IMG/VR virus record: IMGVR_UViG_3300033075_000861
Span: 1 to 64,000 of that record
Length of the DNA: 64,000 bases
Direction: 5' to 3' (one strand)
Source of the DNA: a virus
Taxonomy: Duplodnaviria > Caudoviricetes
Shown: positions 37,193-42,507 of the stretch, one piece after another
How the letters are laid out: every line of letters starts with the position of its first letter
Position numbering within the stretch: position 1 is the stretch's first letter
Notes under the pieces: generated by a model
Databases searched by the model: none
The model's input: only the letters and a program-made list of their open reading frames with translations
What the model was told of the DNA's origin: nothing
Position numbers and translations under genes: made by a program

Positions 37193-37564
37193 TCAGAACT
37201 CGTCGTCGTTGGGCCAGTCGTCGGGGTCGGTGCCCCACTCCTCAAGGAAAGCCCTGACCTTCTTGCCCTTGTCGGTCAGCCAGCTTCCGCCGACGCTGCC
37301 GCCGTGTTCCATCAGTCCGTGAGCGTTTAGGAAGTACAGGATCAGCATGTCGTAGCCGCTGCCTGGGCCTTCCCAGTTGCCGCCGCGAGCGTAAGCCCAC
37401 GCCTTGCGGTCGCCGCCCTCGTCGTAGGCTCTCAGCGTCTCCAAAAGGGCGTCGTAGCCCTCGTCGGGGTTGCCGCAGCCGCAGAAGTCGAGACTGCGGA
37501 TGCCCTGAAGTCCTTCTTTCCAGGCTTGCATGGCTTCCATGTGTATCCTCTTCTTCCGCTTCAT
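37193..37564 (-). CDS. hypothetical protein
   Basis: FCGCGNP...MEHGGSVGGSWLTDKG; GAGGAG RBS. Confidence 0.7.
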   Translation of the reverse strand: MKRKKRIHMEAMQAWKEGLQGIRSLDFCGCGNPDEGYDALLETLRAYDEGGDRKAWAYARGGNWEGPGSGYDMLILYFLNAHGLMEHGGSVGGSWLTDKGKKVRAFLEEWGTDPDDWPNDDEF

Positions 37565-37576
37565 GTGACTCCTCGT

Positions 37577-37664
37577 TCCGTCTGATTGGTGGGAATCGAA
37601 CCCACAGGGCCTCGCCGGCACGGTGTGCAACCGTTTGACCTGCCAATGTCTACAGCCAGACGGA
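37577..37664 (-). tRNA. atypical class II tRNA with a Tyr-like body, GCA anticodon and extended acceptor stem
   Basis: D-loop ATTGGCAG as in the adjacent tRNA-Tyr; ACGG-TTGCACA-CCGT; GTGGG-TTCGATT-CCCAC. Confidence 0.55.
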
Positions 37665-37666
37665 AG

Positions 37667-37749
37667 TGTGTCGTGCAGGAGTCGAACCTGCAAGGCTCTA
37701 AGAGCGGCACGGTTACAGCGTGCTGGGCCTGCCAATGCCCAAACGACAC
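37667..37749 (-). tRNA. tRNA-Tyr(GTA)
   Basis: GTGTCGT/ACGACAC, GCACG-CTGTAAC-CGTGC. Confidence 0.9.
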
Positions 37750-37751
37750 AT

Positions 37752-37878
37752 GATGGGTGCAAAGCCCGGCGTAACCGTGCCCTGTCCGAAGTCGGTCAAT
37801 TCATAGTCATCAGCCGCTTTTACGGCAACGCTCCGTTAGCTCCCATATCCACCGGGTTCGGACCCGGAGTTCATCCAG
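37752..37878 (-). ncRNA. unassigned structured RNA candidate between tRNAs
   Basis: Non-coding gap with hairpins (CCGGG-TCCGAA-CCCGG; CCGA/TCGG). Confidence 0.35.
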
Positions 37879-37960
37879 AAACGGCGGTGGGACTCGCACC
37901 CACGGTGGCTTACGCACCGGCTTTGCAGGCCGGCCCCTTCGCTGCTCGGGTCACGCCGTC
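37879..37960 (-). tRNA. tRNA-Cys(GCA) with an enlarged variable region
   Basis: GACGGCG/CGCCGTT, U73, CCGGC-CTGCAAA-GCCGG, ~13-nt variable region, T-loop TGCGAGT. Confidence 0.8.
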
Positions 37961-37965
37961 ATGAG

Positions 37966-38103
37966 TGACGCTGGTCGGCATCGAACCGACACCACAGCAC
38001 TATCCCCAACGATCCTCTCCCTTTGTGCTACAGGTATGGGAACCCCTGTGTCCGTAACTATTCGGGGACGTGTTATCTGAGGCCCGCCCTTCGCGGTGCG
38101 TCA
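37966..38103 (-). ncRNA. tRNA-like RNA (acceptor + T-arm, multi-hairpin interior)
   Basis: TGACGC/GCGTCA, GTCGG-TTCGATG-CCGAC, AGCAC/GTGCT stem with a 24-nt loop. Confidence 0.55.
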
Positions 38104-38107
38104 TCAG

Positions 38108-38190
38108 TGCCTAAGGCGGGAGTCGAACCCGCATGCCCTTACGAGCGGCAGTTTTTGAAACTGCTGTGTATGCCTTTCCACCACTTAGGC
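38108..38190 (-). tRNA. tRNA-Leu(CAA)
   Basis: GCCTAAG/CTTAGGC, GCAGT-TTCAAAA-ACTGC. Confidence 0.92.
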
Positions 38191-38193
38191 GTT

Positions 38194-38338
38194 TGACCGG
38201 AGAAATAGTCACTAAGGGTTTTTCTGTTTAGCTTCTCGGCCTTAGGGTTGGGCGAAGTGGCCGAGGTAGGATTTGCACCTACAATCTACACTTTTTCAGG
38301 GTGTTGCTGAAGTATCCCTTAACTGCAACTTCCGGTCA
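38194..38338 (-). ncRNA. circularly permuted tRNA-Phe(GAA)-like RNA inside a bipartite stem cassette
   Basis: Order on the minus strand: D-3' (AGC), anticodon arm ACACC-CTGAAAA-AGTGT, T-arm GTAGG-TGCAAAT-CCTAC, acceptor-3' CTCGGCC+A, 16-nt linker, acceptor-5' GGCCGAG, D-5' GCT. Confidence 0.75.
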
Positions 38339-38339
38339 G

Positions 38340-38421
38340 TGTCCGAGGTGGGACTTGCACCCACACGCCCGAAGGCACGGCCCCCTCAAGACCGGGCGTC
38401 TGCTAATTCCGCCACTCGGAC
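38340..38421 (-). tRNA. tRNA-Leu(GAG)
   Basis: GTCCGAG/CTCGGAC, CGGTC-TTGAGGG-GGCCG. Confidence 0.88.
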
Positions 38422-38937
38422 AAGTCGTCTCTTGCGAGACTGATATCTGGCTGTCGTCACTTCGGTCATACCTTGGTCACCAGACCAACCTTCGGTACAA
38501 GCATGGCAGTTAGGGCATAGGAATTGGAGGTTGTCGGAACGGTTGTCGCCCCAATCTCCATTTTTGTGGTTGACTTGTAGCTTCAAGTGTTTGCCATACC
38601 AGCACCCGTTGCAACCACAACCCTCACACTCATACGTTCGTCCAGACTCGATGAGGGCACGTCTGAGAACGTATGGTTTCTCTCTCCAATCTCGTTCCTC
38701 CTTGATCAGGATGGTCGTCCAATGCCTCTTGTCGGGACCGCCCCTGTGTGACTCGCCGCTGTTAGCACGTTGTCCCAGCATGTGGCTGGTGTCGAGGTTG
38801 TACCGCTTGATCCACCGGACGATGTTCTGCTGAGTACCGCCAGACCATTTGACGCCCAGCTTTTTGATGACCTCGGCAATCGACACCGAGTCGCGGACCA
38901 GAGGCTCCAACAGTTCTTTGGTGTATTTCCTTCGCAT
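38386..38937 (-). CDS. HNH homing endonuclease
   Basis: YECEGC...LQVNHKNGDWGDNRSDNLQFLCPNCH; the stop lies inside tRNA-Leu(GAG). Confidence 0.85.
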   Translation of the reverse strand: MRRKYTKELLEPLVRDSVSIAEVIKKLGVKWSGGTQQNIVRWIKRYNLDTSHMLGQRANSGESHRGGPDKRHWTTILIKEERDWREKPYVLRRALIESGRTYECEGCGCNGCWYGKHLKLQVNHKNGDWGDNRSDNLQFLCPNCHACTEGWSGDQGMTEVTTARYQSRKRRLVRVAELADARS

Positions 38938-39007
38938 GCCCCTAGTAGAGTCATGCGTCATCAAATTGGGCAAGTCTACTTCACTTGTTTTCCATCCTAG
39001 CCTCCAG

Positions 39008-39089
39008 TGGTCATGGTGGGAGTCGAACCCACACCCCCGTAGGGAACGGCTTCTGAAACCGTCGCGTTTACCAGTTACGCCACATGACC
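39008..39089 (-). tRNA. tRNA-Leu(CAG)
   Basis: GGTCATG/CATGACC, ACGGT-TTCAGAA-GCCGT. Confidence 0.92.
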
Positions 39090-39620
39090 TACAGTGTCGA
39101 GGGCGGGATTTGAACCCGCACGCCGATTAAGGCACCCGCTTCTAAGGCGAGCATGGCTGCCAGTTACATCACCTCGACATGGTTTTTGACTGTGACAGTT
39201 AGGGCAGAGGAATCTGAGGTTACCTGGGGTGTTGTCGAGCCAGTCCTCGTTTACATGATCGACCTCTAGGATGATCTCTTTCTTCTGCCACTCACAGATG
39301 CCACAGTCTTCGCACTTGTATTTCCTGCCTGACTCAATCAGGGCACGTCGTAACCGACTAGCCTGAACCCTGTTTTGAACGCCTTGCTTGCGAACAAGCA
39401 CCTCTTCCCACGACTTCTTGTTGGAGCCGTGCCACTGCTTGAGCTTGTCGTAATGAGGGGCGAAGTGGGATATGTCTATCCCGGCTCTCACGATACGCTT
39501 CTTGATGTGGGCGTAGTTGCCGCCACTTAGCCTGATGCCCAACTGGGTCATCACGTCCGTCATGGAGTTGCTTTCACGAACAACCGCCATGAGTCGCTCG
39601 TCGGTGTACTTGTATCTCAT
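39075..39620 (-). CDS. HNH homing endonuclease (paralog of 38386-38937)
   Basis: YKCEDC...LEVDHVNEDWLDNTPGNLRFLCPNCH; the ORF reads through tRNA-Leu(TAG). Confidence 0.85.
   Translation of the reverse strand: MRYKYTDERLMAVVRESNSMTDVMTQLGIRLSGGNYAHIKKRIVRAGIDISHFAPHYDKLKQWHGSNKKSWEEVLVRKQGVQNRVQASRLRRALIESGRKYKCEDCGICEWQKKEIILEVDHVNEDWLDNTPGNLRFLCPNCHSQKPCRGDVTGSHARLRSGCLNRRAGSNPALDTVGHVA
39095..39178 (-). tRNA. tRNA-Leu(TAG)
   Basis: GTCGAGG/CCTCGAC, CTCGC-CTTAGAA-GCGGG. Confidence 0.9.
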
Positions 39621-39671
39621 ACCGGATTGTAGGAGACACGCTTTTGCACGACCAGCAGGTTTGCCAGACAG

Positions 39672-39758
39672 CGGAATGCGAGAGAATCGAACTCTCCTCC
39701 CCTTGCGGGGAACCTGGGTTCGGGCCAGGCCCAGCCAACCAATATCTGGCTGCATTCC
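39672..39758 (-). tRNA. tRNA-Ser(CGA)
   Basis: GGAATGC/GCATTCC, G73, CCTGG-CCCGAAC-CCAGG (C33 atypical). Confidence 0.8.
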
Positions 39759-39763
39759 GTAAA

Positions 39764-39884
39764 TGGTGCAGGGAGCAGGGTTTTCACCTGCGAGTGGACG
39801 GCACCTATCCGTCATAGTCGCCGGCAACCATACGGCTACCGTCTGTCTAACGCTCTTGCGTCCAAGGCTTCCGACTTCCCCTGC
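39764..39884 (-). ncRNA. tRNA-like RNA with encoded CCA and a large D-loop insertion
   Basis: GCAGGGG/TCCCTGC-A-CCA, T-arm GCAGG-TGAAAAC-CCTGC, D-stem GTCG/CGAC enclosing two hairpins, non-canonical anticodon loop. Confidence 0.6.
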
Positions 39885-39890
39885 ATGTAC

Positions 39891-40142
39891 TCACTTGGTC
39901 TTGGGCATCGAGTCGCCCGTCGCCTTCCTGTGGCCCTTGATCGCGTCGTGCGAGTCGTACATCTCGTCGTCCTCACGCCGTCCGTGGACCGACTTCACGA
40001 CCCAGCCGTTGTCCCAGGCGTCGTCGCCGTTCTTCAACTTCAGCGTCTTGTTGAGGACGGAGAACTTCTCGGGAATCCAACTCATCTGGTGCGAGTTCCC
40101 CTTCTGGAGCCTGCACTGACGGTAAGCGGTTTTCTTGCTCAT
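39891..40142 (-). CDS. small hypothetical phage protein
   Basis: AAGGAGG RBS; YRQCRLQKG...SWIPEKF. Confidence 0.7.
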   Translation of the reverse strand: MSKKTAYRQCRLQKGNSHQMSWIPEKFSVLNKTLKLKNGDDAWDNGWVVKSVHGRREDDEMYDSHDAIKGHRKATGDSMPKTK

Positions 40143-40174
40143 GGCCCTCCTTAGGGGGTTGGTGTTTAGGACAG

Positions 40175-40258
40175 TGTCGGAGGTGGGAGTCGAACCCACA
40201 CACCCTTACGGGTACGGCCTTCTGAGGACCGGGCGTCTACCAGTTCCGCCACTCCGAC
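40175..40258 (-). tRNA. tRNA-Leu(CAG)
   Basis: GTCGGAG/CTCCGAC, CGGTC-CTCAGAA-GGCCG. Confidence 0.9.
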
Positions 40259-40259
40259 A

Positions 40260-40345
40260 TGGTGGGTGTGTGAGGAATCGAACCCCCTATCTCTCTGAGC
40301 GTCGGGTTTACAGCCCAACTGGCTTCCCACAGCACTAGCACACCC
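40260..40345 (-). tRNA. tRNA-Tyr(GTA), CCA encoded
   Basis: GGGTGTG/CACACCC-A-CCA, TTGGG-CTGTAAA-CCCGA. Confidence 0.8.
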
Positions 40346-40348
40346 AAG

Positions 40349-40437
40349 CGGAATGCGAGAGAATCGAACTCTCCTCCCCCTTGCGGGAGAAACTGGGTTC
40401 AAGCCAGCCCCGGCCAACCAATATCCGGCTGCATTCC
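40349..40437 (-). tRNA. tRNA-Ser(TGA)
   Basis: Near-copy of 39672-39758; loop CTTGAAC. Confidence 0.88.
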
Positions 40438-40439
40438 GT

Positions 40440-40473
40440 ATAGGCCGGGCACCTGGGCTGGTGCCCGGCCTAT
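40440..40473. repeat. perfect 14-bp hairpin within the tRNA operon
   Basis: ATAGGCCGGGCACC-TGGGCT-GGTGCCCGGCCTAT; no U-tract. Confidence 0.6.
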
Positions 40474-40522
40474 GGTAGTTGTCGCCAAGTTGTCAAAGAA
40501 CACCGGAGTTAGGGTCCGGTAG

Positions 40523-40596
40523 TGCCGCCCCACGGAGTTGAACCGTGACCCCTAGGGTTTCAAGCTAGTGTGCAGACACCCCTACACCAGAGCGGC
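40523..40596 (-). tRNA. tRNA-Phe(GAA), paralog of 36568-36639
   Basis: GCCGCTC/GGGCGGC, CTAG(C)-TTGAAAC-(C)CTAG. Confidence 0.75.
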
Positions 40597-40670
40597 ATGT
40601 CATTTCTCGGTCTAGTGCTTCTTGGTGAAGGCCAACATGGATCTCAACATCCTGGCAAACGATGCCTACG

Positions 40671-40717
40671 AAAAAGAAGAACCCCCGCCAGGCCGGTTTG
40701 GCCTGGCGGGGGTTCTT
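40671..40717 (-). terminator. strong terminator/attenuator upstream of the tRNA operon
   Basis: 18-bp stem AAGAACCCCCGCCAGGCC-AAACC-GGCCTGGCGGGGGTTCTT then CTTTTT. Confidence 0.8.
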
Positions 40718-40746
40718 ACAACCGCTGGTGTAAGATCCGCTTTAGC

Positions 40747-40833
40747 TCAAACCGCAAGCCGATCAAGGCCGCTGAGAAACAGCGACGACAACAGGCAGAG
40801 GCTATACAGCAAGCAAGCGGAGAAGGAAATCAC
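40747..40833 (-). CDS. putative leader peptide MISFSACLLYSLCLLSSLFLSGLDRLAV
   Basis: GTG 8 nt after GGAG; sits between a promoter and a terminator; S/F/C/L/Y-rich. Confidence 0.6.
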   Translation of the reverse strand: MISFSACLLYSLCLLSSLFLSGLDRLAV

Positions 40834-40923
40834 GGATGTAGCTCCGAGGATGTCTCTTGTTCTCTTATCGGCCAGCGGGAACTCTCCCGAGGCTCGGATG
40901 AGGGCACTAGGCCCTACATCCCT

Positions 40924-40951
40924 AATATAGCCAGGTCGCCTCAGTTTTCAA
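40924..40951 (-). promoter_or_regulatory. promoter of the leader/tRNA operon
   Basis: TTGAAA-N16-TATATT with the same spacing as the other promoters. Confidence 0.6.
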
Positions 40952-40975
40952 CCCCAGATTTCCGAAAAATCTGGA

Positions 40976-41938
40976 TCAGCCTGGGAAGACCTCTTTCACC
41001 GTCTGGACGCTGCCCTCACCGACCGTCTTGAGGTTGGTGAACTTGTCCGTGCCGGCCTGGTCCGCGAGGTGCTTGTCCTTCATGTTGAACCAGGGGCCGT
41101 AGTAGTCCTCGCACGCCTTCGGCAACGGGGGCATTGGCAGGCCGGTGATCTGGGTGAACCCGACCGCATCCACCAGATAGACAGCGGTGAACGCGGAAGG
41201 TTCACTCTTCCACACGGAAATCCCGTAGGGGTCCGGGTAGACCTTCTGATCGATCTGCCCGCCCTTGCCCACGCCCATCTCCACCGCCTTGCTCACCGAC
41301 CTGCTGGCCGAGGCCGGCCCGGCTGCCGCACACGCGAAGGACATCGCCTCCAATCCGCCGCAGCACTCGTAGTCGGACGACTCAAGCCCGCCGCTGAAGC
41401 CGTAGTGGCTGGGGGTGTGGACCGGACGGGGGAACGCCGTGGCGGGGTCGCTCGCCTCAAACACGGCGATGCCCAGACCGCCGGTCTTGCAGTCCTCGCC
41501 GTGCATCTGTTCGCCCACGGTCAGGCCCTCGCCCTTCTCGTACTTCGTGGACACGAACTGGAACACGGTGCCGTCGTCGCCTTTCCAGCCGTCGAGCCAG
41601 GGTTGGGGCGGGCTGACGACGTAGCCATCTTCCTCCAGCCTCAGGCCGAGCTTCTTGCCGTTGACCGCGTTGACGCCGCCGGCCCCGATGAGCATGGCGA
41701 CCGGGTGGCCCTTGGAGCCGAAGCTCATCCACATCGCCTCGGCGTCGTGCATCGCCAGGAAGTAGCCGTTCTCGTCCCAGCCGGCAGGACAGGCGTCTTT
41801 GTAGTCGGCCACCTTATACAGCGTGAAGTGCCCCAGGCTGGGCGGCAGGCTGCTGACCTCGCCCTCCTTCACGCGGACGGTGCGGTGGAAGGTGACGCGG
41901 ACGGGGCCGAGGTCGAGGCTGGCGAGATTATCGCTCAT
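40976..41938 (-). CDS. conserved protein of unknown function
   Basis: LPPSLGHF...EAMWMSF...VNAVNG...PQPWLDG...FQFV. Confidence 0.75.
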   Translation of the reverse strand: MSDNLASLDLGPVRVTFHRTVRVKEGEVSSLPPSLGHFTLYKVADYKDACPAGWDENGYFLAMHDAEAMWMSFGSKGHPVAMLIGAGGVNAVNGKKLGLRLEEDGYVVSPPQPWLDGWKGDDGTVFQFVSTKYEKGEGLTVGEQMHGEDCKTGGLGIAVFEASDPATAFPRPVHTPSHYGFSGGLESSDYECCGGLEAMSFACAAAGPASASRSVSKAVEMGVGKGGQIDQKVYPDPYGISVWKSEPSAFTAVYLVDAVGFTQITGLPMPPLPKACEDYYGPWFNMKDKHLADQAGTDKFTNLKTVGEGSVQTVKEVFPG

Positions 41939-42037
41939 GTTTTCTCCTTGAGGGTTAGAGTTCGGCCAGTAGTGCCTCTCCTCGTCGCCTTGGCCGCGAG
42001 GCAGCACGAATTGATCCAGTACATCCTAAATAAGGCA

Positions 42038-42430
42038 ATGAAGACTTTCCAACAGTTCATGCGGCTGAGGCTGCTGAGTGAAGTCGGGCCACCACCCGGA
42101 GGACCGCCGCCGGGAGGCCCACCCCCAGGGGGACCGCCCCCCGGCGGACCCGGTGGCCCGCCGCCTGGGTTGGGTGGCCCGCCACCCGGATTAGGCGGAC
42201 CCGGCGGTCCTCCCCCTGGGATGGGCGGACCCGGCGGACCACCGCCGGGCGGACCCGGTGCCCCAGGCGGGCCGTCGATGAAGCTGAAGTCGCCAGACGT
42301 TTGGCACATCCTAGAGGAGTTGCTCGGGATGGCTAAAGACGAAGACGACAAGGAGAAGAAGGACAAGGAGGGCGGCGAGGAGGTCCAGCAGCCTCAGCCT
42401 CCCCAGGCACCACCCCCGCCTGGAAGTTGA
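42038..42430 (+). CDS. Gly-Pro repeat protein with a capsid-targeting-like N-terminus
   Basis: MKTFQQFMRLRLLSE followed by tandem GGPPP; CTAAATA 5 nt upstream. Confidence 0.7.
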   Translation: MKTFQQFMRLRLLSEVGPPPGGPPPGGPPPGGPPPGGPGGPPPGLGGPPPGLGGPGGPPPGMGGPGGPPPGGPGAPGGPSMKLKSPDVWHILEELLGMAKDEDDKEKKDKEGGEEVQQPQPPQAPPPPGS

Positions 42431-42507
42431 CCTTCTGCACGGACAAGGCTCGCGGTTAAGATCCGCGAGCCTTGTGTCGTTAACAGACGCCCTTGCTCTA
42501 TTAGTGG

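Noticed and set aside
37752-37878. Hammerhead, fluoride or c-di-AMP riboswitch (contains CTGATGA, CCGAACCCG, AGCTAAC)
   Set aside because: Only isolated sub-motifs; the required partner elements (e.g. GAAA core, pseudoknots) were not found
37966-38103. tmRNA
   Set aside because: Too short, with no tag ORF or G3-U70-type alanine acceptor
36643-38338. Archaeal host inferred from BHB-like motifs
   Set aside because: The bacterial-type release factor, AGGAGG RBS and -35/-10 promoters argue for a bacterial host
37193-40417. ORF-track calls spanning tRNA genes (e.g. 37242-37646, 37561-37749, 39973-40203, 40166-40417) and upstream extensions of real ORFs
   Set aside because: They translate tRNA sequence; real starts were reassigned using RBS evidence
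40570-41031. Plus-strand ORFs 40570-41031 and 40622-40930
   Set aside because: They cross a terminator, a promoter and (for 40570) a tRNA, with no clear RBS; the minus-strand leader interpretation is preferred but not proven
41935-42366. GC-rich tandem repeats as a CRISPR array
   Set aside because: Degenerate in-frame Gly-Pro codons with no spacers and no cas genes; no CRISPR array was seen in the window
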